Assembly (NCBI GenBank): GCA_000708835.1
Contig: DF237504.1
Coordinates: forward strand, 1 to 58,516
Length of the DNA: 58,516 nucleotides
Reading direction: 5' to 3'
From: Klebsormidium nitens
Lineage: Eukaryota > Plantae > Klebsormidiophyceae
Below are positions 10,466 through 21,909 of this stretch, piece by piece. Position 1 is the stretch's first letter. Each line of letters begins with the position of its first letter. Position numbers and translations under genes: made by a program. The notes under the pieces are model-generated. The model did not search any database. It worked only from the letters and a program-made list of their open reading frames with translations, and had not been told where the DNA came from.

Positions 10466-13400
10466 CCGCTCGCCCAACTCCTGAGGGCCCGTGCTGACGT
10501 CAGCCCGCCAGTGCACCGCCCGTCTCCTCCGGGAAACCGCGTCATCGATGACGTCATCCTTCGTTGCCCCGCCGGTTGCGCCGGTGCTCTCGACGTCCTC
10601 CTCGATCCCTCCGATCTGGCCTTCCTGCGAGTCCACGTGGCGCCCTTTGCGGCCCTCCACGTGGCTGCTCCTTGGCGCTCCCAGGCCAGCCTCCACCGGT
10701 GCTTCGCGTGAGGGATCTAGCATGGCGTCTCTTGCAGATTCGTTTCCGCCCACGCTTCCGCTTGGCGTTCCGTTTCCGCTTCCGACAGACGCTCCGCTCT
10801 CTCCCCCAGCGACCTTTTCGTTTGACGTCACGTTGCCGACTTCCTTTCCGGTGTCTTCAGGAGTCTTGTTTTCCGCTCCAGTTTGTTCTTCCGTTCCCGT
10901 GTTTTCACTTTCCACCTCAATCCCGTCTTCGGTCCCGTCTTCATCGATTCTGTCCTCTGCCCCAGTCTCCTCCTTTTGCTGACTTCCATCTTGTTCTGCT
11001 GACGTCCTTTTCACATCCTCAATCCCCGCCGCTTCCCAAATTGTCTCCTCGCCTACAATTCCGCTCTTTACAGCAGTTCCGTTGTCTTCCGCAATCGCGC
11101 TCTCTTCCGCGTGTTTCTCAACTGCAATGCCCATGTTGTCAGCGATGTCGCTGCCTTCCGCGGGTTTGCCCTCTTTCCAGATCTCGACCTCTTGCGCATT
11201 TCCGCCTTCGGTTGCAGGCCCCTCCGCTTTCGCAGTCCCGCTCTCGTTTGCTTTTTGGTGTGGGTCGTCGCTTTGCTCCGCTGTTCCGCTTTGCTCCGCA
11301 GTTCCGTTTCCTGTCGCTTCCCCGCTCTCTCTCACAGGTTTCCTCTCTTCCGCGGTGCTGATCTTCTCTACAAACCCGGTCTCTTTCGCCATTCTATTCC
11401 GTTCTGCAAAAAACGTCTCGTTCTCGTTCCCATTCCCGTCGACTCCGGTTTCCTCCTTGATCACATTCCGGTCCTTACTCCCGACCTTCTTGGCTAGGCT
11501 CGTCTCAAACCCACCTTCGTCTTCCTCACCAGCACTTTCCCTAACCGCAACTTCTTTCCCGCTGTCCATTCCACGATCCTCCTCGGCTCCAGCCTTTCCA
11601 GACGTCTTATCCTCCTCAGCGATTACATCCAATTCGAAACGTCCTATTTCTTCGCCCCTTTTGCCCTCCGTCTCTCCACCAATCCTTTCACTGTACTTCT
11701 CCCCTCCAACCATTCCGTTCTGCATTTCTGCTTCAAGCGCTCCGCTCGTCTCCTCTCCTCCGACCGTTCCGCTCTCCTCCTCTCCTTCAGCGCCGTTCCG
11801 CTTCTCTCCTTCAACGGTTCCGGTCTGCATTCCAACCCCGTCGTGCTTCTCTCCTCCTACCATTCCGCCCTCATTCCTTCCTTCCCTCGTTCCGCTCTTC
11901 CTCACTGCACTGTCCCGCACCATTCCGCTCGCTCCAAGCTCCCCGCCCTCTCCCGTCCATTCCGCTCCAACACCCCCTTCTCCGTCCGCCACGGTTCCGT
12001 TCCGTTCCCCGATTCCGCTCGTAACCGCCGGCGACATCCATTCCGGCCAGGTTTTGCCACCCGACCTGGCAACGGAATCCGCCGGAAGCATCTTCAGCTC
12101 ACTCTCGCCGCTCCCAGGGGAAGCGTCCTGTTTCGCGACGGGGGACACGTCTGGCTTTTGCTTCGTCTGCTGGGCCCGATATGCTCCCAGCAAACAACCG
12201 AAGTTCAGGTCAACGGATCTCAACGGCTCCGCTCGTTCCGCTCGTTCCGTTGCTTCCGCTGGCTGAGGAGCCTCCAGCCCACCGGCAGCTAACGCGGTGG
12301 CACCTTCCGGACCCTTCTCGAACAGCGGCGCAACCGCTAACGGCCCATTTTCGCGCCCCAGAGACGCGACTGAGCTTCCGTTCTCTTCCATTGCGGTTTC
12401 TGGAAGCACAGCGGAATCTGGCCGTGTACCAACGACATCCTCCTCGAAAGGCGGCGCATCCGCCGACAGCGCACTTCCGCGCTCGAGCGAAGCAACCTGC
12501 TGTGGCCCGACTTCGTCAACTGGGCTTCCGTTTTGGTCCGTTTCGGTCCCCAGAGGAAAACCGGCTTCCGGCCCTGCTCCAACCGGCTCTGTCTTGAACG
12601 CCGGCGCATCCACTGAGAGCCCAATGCCCCGCTCCAGAGAAGCGGGCTGCTGTGACGTGACATCATCAGTTGGGCTTCCGTTCCGATCCATTGCGGTCTC
12701 CAGATGGACGGCGGATTCCGATTCTGCTCCAACCGGCTTCATCGCAAACGGCGGCGCATCCGCTGTGAGCCCACTCTCCCGCTCCACAGAAGCGGCCTGC
12801 TTCATCGCGACCTTTTCAACCAGGCTTCCGTTCTGGTGCGTTCCGGTCTCGAGAGGCACGGCGGATTCCGGCCCTGCACCAACCGGCCTTATCTCAAACG
12901 GCGGCGCATCCGCTGAGAGCCCGCTCTCCCGCTCCACAGAGGCGGGCTGCTGTGACGTGACATCATCCACTGAGCTTCCGTTCTGGTCCGTTCCGGTCTG
13001 CGGAGGCAGGGCGGATTCCGGCGTTGCAGCAATCGGCCCCATCTCGAACGACGGCGCATCCGGTAAGAGCCCACTCTCTCGCTCCAGAGAAGCGGGCTGC
13101 TGTGACGTGACCTCTTCAGCTGGGCTTCCGTTGTGGTCCGTTCCGCTCTCCAGAGGCACGGCGGATTCCGGCTCCGCACCAACCGGCCCCGTCTCCAACG
13201 GTGGCACACCCGCTGAGAGCCCAATCTCCCGCTCCACAAAAGTGGGCTGCTGTGACGCGACTTCGTCAATTGGGCTTCCGTTCCGTTCAGTTCCGTCCTC
13301 CGGAGGCACAGCGGATTCCGGCCCTGCACCAACCAGACCCTGTTCGAACGGTGGCGCATCCGCTGAGAGCGCACTCTCCCGCTCCACAAAAGCGGGCTGC

Positions 13401-13713
13401 TGTGACGCGAATTCGTCAACTGGGCTTCCGTTCCATTCCGTTCGGGTCTCCACAGGTATGGCGGATTCCGGCTCCGCCCCAACCGGCCCCAGCTCGTCGT
13501 CAGTTTCTGTCCCCGGGCGTTTGCTCTTCTCCGGGCTGTTGTTCTGCCTAGCAGAGTGTGTTCCCAGCAGTTTGGACGCTTCCGCTTCGAAGAAGGTGAC
13601 CAGTTCCCGGATTCCGGCGCTGATCCGTCCGGGGTTTTGCCGCTCGTCTTCGTTGGCGCCTTGGGTGACGTGCGTGTCGCCGCTCTCGTCATCGGTGCGC
13701 TCAAAGTGGATAT
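10466..13713 (-). CDS. 3.25-kb exon of a large Glu/Gly/Ser-rich disordered protein with 50-aa tandem repeats
   Basis: Acceptor CCTTTCCTTTACAG at 13714, open frame continuing into the 1104-aa ORF, GTAAG donor at 10465. Confidence 0.8.
12350..13490 (-). repeat. Coding tandem repeat, 150 bp (50 aa) x ~7.5
   Basis: Motif GGGCTGCTG/GCTTCCGTT recurs at exact 150-bp steps (12491, 12641, 12791, 12941, 13091, 13241, 13391); unit ~GTDQNGSPVDEVTSQQPASVERESGLSADAPPFEMGPVGAEPESAVPLE. Confidence 0.95.
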
Positions 13714-16389
13714 CTGTAAAGGAAAGGAAGCAAAAGAAGGAAATGAGTCAAACTGGTTACAATCGTATAAAAGATTGCGAATCAAGGGCGAGGGGGATGG
13801 GGGCTCTGGAAAGGAAAAGGAGCAACGGAGGAACTGTGTCAAAGATAAAGCCGAGGTACGAAGGAACGCGAAGTCAGATAGGGAACGTAGAAGCTGAGAG
13901 ATCAGAAATCATTGATGGAGTCGCGGGGCTTGGAAAGAGCGCTGGGCTCCTGTTTATTGAAAGCGAGAAGTGAAAACAGAGGGCGTCGCTAAAGCTCCCT
14001 TAATGTCGTAAAATTGTGTCAGACCAAAAAGCCTTCTAGCTGATTCAGCCACGGAAAAACCACTGTCTTTTGTAGAAAAATTGCTCAACTGATAAGCAGC
14101 GCTTTCTTTTCATGCAACGTGCCCGTCTTACTTTCTGAGAATCCCACTGAGAACTGTTCAGACGAGCATAATTGGGTCGCCAAAGTATGCAATAGAATAG
14201 CAGCTTACTCAGGCAACTTCCTAACCTGCACAGTGTGAACCAAGTGCTCAGGCAGTGATGGAATCTAGAAACTTCACCAAACAAAGACGTCACACATTTG
14301 CGATCCGTCAGAAACAAGAATAGTGAAGAGGCAGACGGTCGTATTCAAGGTGGCTTCAAAATCTAACAAGGAAGCGTGGTAGAATCAAGTCTGCCAAGCT
14401 GTTCATCCTTGCCAGCAAAAATCCAAAACCCGCAAATCTGTGCAGGTTATTCCACGACCAACAGCAGAGCCCATCAGACCACACCACAAGTAAAACAACT
14501 CGCTCGACTTGATTGCCAGACGAGCGGCGTATGTGAGTGGCTCAACTTGCTTTCAAGCCACTTACGGTCAGCTTCTAGTGAGAACCAAGCGAAGATTGTC
14601 GGTTGAGAGTCACGCAACTCCCGATTTCAGTCTTGAACTCGTTTTTTATCTGAGTAGCTGTCACGACGCAATCCTTCGGCAGCAGCACCACCGGCAGTTT
14701 TCATCCTAGCCACTGGCGAGTGAATGATGTTGAGCCCAACGTGCATACGGTGCTCGGAACGAAAAGAAAAATGGCTGACTACATAAGATGGGCTAGAGAG
14801 GCGTAATGGACTGCCCACTTTTAATCCAACAAGCCACAGTCCTTAAGCTCTGCTGCTCCGTTTGTCAAGGCAGGTCACGCACCCAAACCCGTTTTGCAAG
14901 TCATTGCACGCTCTTGTCAATTATAGACGGGCAACACAGGAAAGGTTAAGGAAACAAGCAGCGGTGGCGGTCAAGACTGTACCAAAAATGGCAGTAAGAC
15001 AGACATCGCGCGAAGTGAGCACATTCAGCGGAACCAGCAGACAAGTCAAGCACAGTGTCCTGTAATCAGATTTACAAAAAGAGTGACCCAACGAAAAAGC
15101 AGTTCCAGGACGGGTGTGTCAAAACTCTGTCATCCTTAGCCATTGATACTCAGGCAGCGACTCAAGAGAAGCCCGAGCAAATTGGTTTGCGCTTTCCGGT
15201 CGCTTTTGAGCCAGGGAACGTGCCAAGAAAGCTGAGCAGAAGGACATTGCACTTGGGCAGAGGCGGCTTATAGTGGTCAGTTGAGTATCTAGATTGTCTT
15301 CCACAAGATTCTTGCGTAAGGATCCCTGAAAGCAAAGACCAGAGCAAGGTAGTCTCGTTTCGTCTGCTCTCGATACCTGTAAGGCGTCACTTCACTTCAC
15401 GACATGGGTAGCTTTCCAAGAAAGCCCAACGAACGTAACTTCTGTCACGACTCGACAACAAAGGGCATCCACAATCAGGGCACGAACCGCGGATGACATT
15501 CAGAGAAACAACCATAAGGGTAAAAACCGGAGTCTTTGGTCCATATTCTAGCAAACAGCAAGCTTGAAATCAGCAATCTAACAAGAACCAAAATCGGGTA
15601 TTCAGAGTCCTGTCGCAACCTCTGGCTTTAGTGCGAGACACGAGCATCTGGCAGAGGAGAACGCCAACCAGCAGAATCCGTCATCGCCACGGCGGCTTTT
15701 TACAATCACTCAATCCAAACTCAGGACTCAGTAACGCCCCTTGATGAACCCGCAAAGCATGTGGAGCAGAATCGAACAGGACATGATTTGGCTGACAATA
15801 AGTGGTACGACCAAGTAACGGCCGTTTTACTAGTTTGCTTTTCTTGACACAGTGGCTCAGAAACGTCCCGATGAGTGGCAGCAACGGTGTGCAATCCTCC
15901 TACGTCTTTGCCAAAAAGCGACAAACCAGAGCCTGAGGAGATGACAACAGCCAAAAAACGACACACCAGAACCAACGGCGTTTAGCTCCTGAAGAGACGC
16001 GCGCTAAGCTCATCCTTTAAGAATCGGTGGCTTGGATCAAGCAGCATTGCAGGCGTGGCAAGTTGCACAGACCAGGCTTCTGTCGTCTTTGCCACGGTAC
16101 TAGCAGAAACCCCACGACCGCTCAAGCAATGGGGTCTCGTTAAATGTTAGGCGATTAAGCGGCAAAAATTGCAGGGACGTCGTGTGAAGTACGCTGAAGG
16201 CGAACGACGGCTCGAGCAACCGTGCGGACGTGGAAAAGGTGTGAAAACTGCCGCACTCGAATTGTTCGAAAGACCTGCAGCCTGCCCTTTATTGTCACAC
16301 ACCGGATTCTACTCAAAGATTCTGCGAAAAGGGAGTCACAGGATGAAAAGCACAGAAGACGAAGAGGGTCAACCGCGTTTCCTTCCAAA

Positions 16390-18230
16390 TTGTTAAGTCG
16401 CGCTTGCATCTCAACGTGTAGTCGCGTTCTATCCTGACGTCTGTCTTTCTGGCTGGCTTCGACTCAAACAAGCCGTACGTAGGTGGCACCAACGGCCATG
16501 CCAACCACGGTTATCATCGCCATACGCACCACAACGAAGACTGCTAACCGATGGGGGCATAAGTAGAACGGAGCAACACAGGCAGAAAAGAATAGCGGAC
16601 CAAGCAAGTCAGTCACAAGTTCGTCTCAGCGTCTAGACGTGTTTCCATCCTACCGGGTTAGATCGTGTGTTCATCTCAACGTCTTTTTAAAACAGCTGGC
16701 TTCAGCTGACTGCACGAGGATGGCACTGACGGCCATGACAACAGACGTCATCCTTGCCACGTGCCCCGTACAAAAAACAACTAAGCAGTCCAGGCACGAA
16801 TGCAACGGGAAGTCACAGGAGAAACGAGGAGAGCGGACTAAGTGAGCCAGTCGAGTGTCCGTCTCAACGTCTAGTCGCGTTTCCATCCTAGCGTCGAGAT
16901 CGCATTTCTCAACGTCTTTCTTTTACAGCTGGCTTCAGCAAACGCTTCCAGGTGGCACTGACGGCCATGCCAACAGACGTCATCCTTGCAACGTGCACCG
17001 GAAAAAGAGACTGCTACCCGAAGTGCGCATGACTGCAACGGAGGACTTCAAAGGCAGAAGCAAACAGCGGACGAAGCTAGCCACTCAAGTTTCCATCTTG
17101 ATATCTAGTCGCTTTTCCATCCTACAATTCGCCTCAACGTTTTCAATTACAGTTGGCTTCATTGAACGCACTTGATGGCACTGACGGCCATGCCACGTCA
17201 TCCTTGCCACGCGCACCTCAAAAGAGAGTGTTAACCGAAGGGCGCATGAACGCAACGAACAGTCACGGGAAAGAGGACAATGGACAAAAACAGTCAGTCA
17301 TATATCCATTTCAACGTCAAGTCGCGTTTGCATCCTCCTTCCAATCGAGTTCTCTCTCAACGTCTGTCAACAACAGCTGGCTTGTGATGAATGAGTGGCA
17401 CCAAAGGCCATGTCATTCGACGTCATCCTTACCAGGCGCACCGCAACAAAGACTTTCAACCAGTGGGGTTATGAGCGAATGAAGAATCACAGGGACAAGA
17501 AGAAAGTGGACCAAGCCAGTCAGTTATGTATCCGTCTGAACGTGTAGTCGAGTTTCCATCCTACTGTCAGATCGCCTTTCTATCGGAACGTCTATCAACA
17601 AGAGCTGGCTTCATGAAGTATGGGTGGGACTGACGGCCAGGCCCACTGAAGTCAGCCTTGCCATGCGCACTGAAACAAAGACTCCAAACAAGTGGGGCCA
17701 TTAGCGCAAACAAAGGAAAGGAAAGGAAAGGGAAGGAACAAACAGGGAAAGAAAGGTAAACAAAGGAAAGGAAAGAGGACAAGCGGACTAAGCGAGTGGG
17801 TCGCGTTTCCATCTCTCCGTCTCCTTTCTAGCTTCTTATCGCGTTTCCATCTGAGCGTCTGTAAACAACAACTGGCTTTGCAGTATCAGGTGGCAAAGAA
17901 AGGCAATGCCAACCGACGTCATCATTGCCGTTCGGAGTGCAACAGAACACTGCTGGGCGATGGGGGGGAGCGGAATGGGAATTGCAGAAAATTACTACTG
18001 ACTGACCGAGCCAGTCAGTTCCATCACACCATCTAGTTGCGCGCCCATCCTACTGTCAGACCGTGTTGCTTTTGGACGTCCGTCAACAACATCTGGCATA
18101 TGACAATTCCGCGACATGTGTGTGGCACTGACGGCCATGACGTCATCCTTGCCACGCGCATCACACAAGAGAATGCTTACCAGGCGGAATGGAATCGACA
18201 GTGATTGTTCGAAAGTGGACAAACAAAAGC
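16390..18230. repeat. Degenerate ~230-bp non-coding satellite, ~8 copies
   Basis: GCGTTTCCATCCTA-like anchor at ~16426, 16641, 16879, 17113, 17326, 17552, 17843, 18046 and TGGCACTGACGGCCATG...GACGTCATCCTTGCCACG at ~16484, 16721, 16952, 17176, 17396, 17625, 17890, 18122; no conserved reading frame; (GGAAA)n expansion at ~17714-17775. Confidence 0.85.
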
Positions 18231-21200
18231 GTACGAGACAAGGGGAAGAAACGTTTCCTTTGATTGTTCCTTTACTTTGTAGATCATTAAAAATTTACGA
18301 CAAAAACAAGCATCTCGGAGCTGGCAGCTAAAGTGGACGAGCCAAGGGGGCGAAAAAGAGATTTGGAAAAGGAGAGCAAACATAGCCAAATTAGCATAGA
18401 AACGACCAAAAGAGGTCGCCCACGTCTCAAGACGAGGTGGCTCAATGCTTGGAGGAAAATGTCACTGGCAGCTGCATTCTGCCGGGCTGTCTTCTTTGTC
18501 ACGAGCGAGAAAAGCGACAAAGCCAAACCGGTTTTATTACGGAGGTGCAAAGTCCACTCAAACACAGAACTCCTTAGGGACCGTAGGGAGAGATAAAGAT
18601 ACTGACCGGACAGTTTTCAGAAAGAGACTGCGGAATGATAAAGCTCGATGTTGTCTTCTCACAGGCACCTTTAACAACGGTCGTCACCACGCGATGGTCA
18701 AGGAGAAGACCTCTCACAAGCACGAAGATCACACCTAGATGTGACGATCTGGAAAGAGCAAAGACGAACAGCGTGCGACAGCGAATCTAGAAAGGCTGAG
18801 GTTAACCGATAGGTTTATACGACAGCGAACAGGATTGATCCAAAGAAACAACCCTTAGTGTAGCGAAGCTCTAATCTGCTCAAATTGTGAAGCCTCTCTT
18901 GAACACGTTCGTGATTTCTGATAGACCATGGCCAGCATCTACTAAATAAGTACACGTCCCAGATTTCCAGATGCAGCATCGGGCGTGAATATAGGACTTC
19001 ACGATAAGCAGCACTGGCAGCAAGATGCTGTCACCAGACAACACGTCATTGCCGCGGCAGCGTTAGCAAGACAGACTTGATAATCCAAGAGCGCCACACA
19101 GCCTTCCGTGAAACATGGATACAGAAGACTAGGCGGTCACATGTACTGCTCAACACGGACACTTCCCAGTCGTTGCTAGTGAGGATGGAAACCTGAAGGC
19201 TGGAAAAATCCTAGCACTTAAAAGAGATAGACTCAACGATCAGTGGCCCCAGCATGCATTGTCCCCCGGACCGAACAGCAGTGCTCCACCAGACACTTGG
19301 GCGCTAAGCATCGCTTCGTCCTCAACTCGTTCGAACTGCTCCCAAAAGCTGCAAAAGTCTAGGACCAGTGAAGAACCAAGCGAACGACTGACGTAAGGAA
19401 ACGCTCCAAAGGGAGCTTTGACACACAGTTTGCAAGGAAATTGAAAGATTGATTCAAGAAATTTCTGTCTGGAAGGTGGCTCATCTTCTGAGCGTCAACA
19501 TCTTGACCGGATGTCAAGCCTTGTCTCTTCGTCGCCACACTTGGAAGAACCGAAGACCTCAAGTCAGGCAGAATAACATTCGCCGCCATTAGTTGAAGAA
19601 GGTCGAAAGGAATCCGTCTCGAGAAGCGGAAACAGGCCAGTATGCAGCAGTCGCTGAGGGCATGCTACCAAGGGAGTTCCACGACTGCCCCTCAATGTTG
19701 ACACTGCGGCCAGAAACGAGCCGCTTCCAAAAAAGGACTACCAAGGCGTACAGCAGGAGCTTGAACTGCGGAGGAGGTTTTGCTGTTCTCGAAGCGGGAA
19801 TAGAGTCACTGACAACAGCATCAAGCGAATAGTGTCACTGAAGTCAGAACCAAGCGAAGTAGTGTCACTGACATCAGAAGCGGCAGAAATTGGCTTTACC
19901 GTGTGTCAAGAAGCAGATGTGACCTTTATTGCCAGGCCAATGACGATCGTCCTTGCCACACCACCGTAAGAAAGGAAGGATAAATGGATAACAGCAGCCA
20001 AAGACGAATGTCACAGACTGCAGTCAGACCGGCAGGCAGGTTTCCTGGGAGGTATGCTAAATCTATGCCTTGAAAGATACACGGATGCTCCTAGCAGAGA
20101 GCAAGTAAAAGAGCGCCTCGAATCGAGCCGACAAGGGCCTGAAAAGAACATACGTTGAAGCGAAACATACACTTTGAGGTCGATGAAATGAATGTTTAGC
20201 CTCTCAAGCGGGCTCTAGAACTGCCGTACAGTGGAGCTTTTTTCCCCCAGTCTTTTACATCCTCGCCACAAACCGCACAAAAGCCAGTGGAACCTACTTT
20301 CAGCTGTTTTGTCATAAAAGAGATGAGCGGCGACTTGCGAATCATGAATTCCGTTTTTTTTGAAATTGCGGGAAAAGCAAGCGGCAGCAATTCAAGAGGC
20401 GGTGGGGGATGGCACGACGGGCAGGAATGTTAAGTAGCGTACGCACTGAACCATTTCTGAAAAGAAGTCACAGTCCACCACCTGCATTGTCCTGCTGCAC
20501 TCCTCTGGAGAAACCGACCTCGTTTTCTACAATCTCGTTGCCACAAGAGCGGCCGAATTAATAGTGAAACTCATAAGCTCCATCGTGTCAAGATCAAAAT
20601 TGATTCAAGATACAGAAAACCCAGTACAACAAAGTTGGCTGCTGATTCATAAGAAACGGTTGCGGCCACAACAGCTCTTAAGACTGCTTAGTGGCTCAGA
20701 ACGGATGCGGATGCGGACGCGGAAGTGGCAGCGGATGCCTGCCAAGGTTATGAATCATTGCCGGGACTGTCGATGCCATAACCTCTGTATCGATAGATAC
20801 GCCAAAAGGTGCCAAGATTACAAGGATGGTCGCTGGAATTTTCCAGAGCGCTCCTTACAGCAGTAGAAGCAAGCAAACGACCAGCAGGCTACAGAATCAG
20901 GACGTGCGCAGCCAGACAACGGCTGCGAGACACAGCCAGACAATTGCGTAAAAGCTTGAGTGCTTAGGACCTGAAACGACTGGCTGACATGGCTCTGGTT
21001 TGACCGCATCCGAAAAGCTAATTTGCGCTTGCGAGCCGATGAATTTCGCTGCCAGAAACCTCATTTCGAATCCAGAAACTGAAACAGCGGGTATCGAAAG
21101 AGCCTCTAAACATTCAGCGCAGGAAAGTGCAGAAGAGCAGGGGTTTTCATAGTATCGAGTTCTGAAAAGAGCAGGGGCGTTCAAAAGTAAACTTCTCGGA

Positions 21201-21909
21201 AGTCTCGTAAAAGCGTACCAGTCGAAGCACTGGCATCCAGTCGGCAGATTTCCCTTTTTCAAAAGGTCTTGCTGTGTGCACAATGATGAAGAGGGCCGAG
21301 GGAGATGGCGGTCCGCCCTTGACACGCACGAAAGGGGGATTTCAGAATCTAAGAAGTCCAGTAGCATAACAAGCACATTAGATTAGAAGCTTCTTGATAA
21401 CCTCGCAAAATGAGATTCAAACGGTGGGTCCTTTCGACGGTGCAAGAGGCTTCATCCAGATGCGACCTGGAGCATGACGGCGTGCAATATTTTCCAACCG
21501 CCATCGTCTGCAATCCTCGCCTCGGCCTTTGGTCTGCAGTTTTTAGCTGGGAGGCAGAACGCAAGCGATCCTTTCCGAATCCGAGCAGGATTTTAGCGCA
21601 GAGCATGCTTGCAACAAGCGGTTTGAGAGGCGAACGAAATCCTGGATGAATCCAGTAGTGTAGAAGTCAACCAGAGACGGCAAATTGAAAGACGGCAAAT
21701 TGAAAGAAGCTCAAGCAAACCCGGAAATGGGTGGAATAGTGTCCTGTGACCAGTAGGATGTTGAGACAAAACGGACGCTCGTTGAGAAACAGTGCGTTCG
21801 ACTCCAACATGGTGAACAACCCGCGACCCTTCTCAGAAAAGAAGGAAGACAAATTGTTGACGAACAGAGTACTTCAAACAATATTGGAATGCCCACGGAG
21901 TGGCCTTAC

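Noticed and set aside
10491-13973. Long plus-strand ORFs (558, 394, 265 aa) as overlapping genes
   Set aside because: Antisense shadows of a GC-rich, low-complexity repetitive exon; no splice or domain support.
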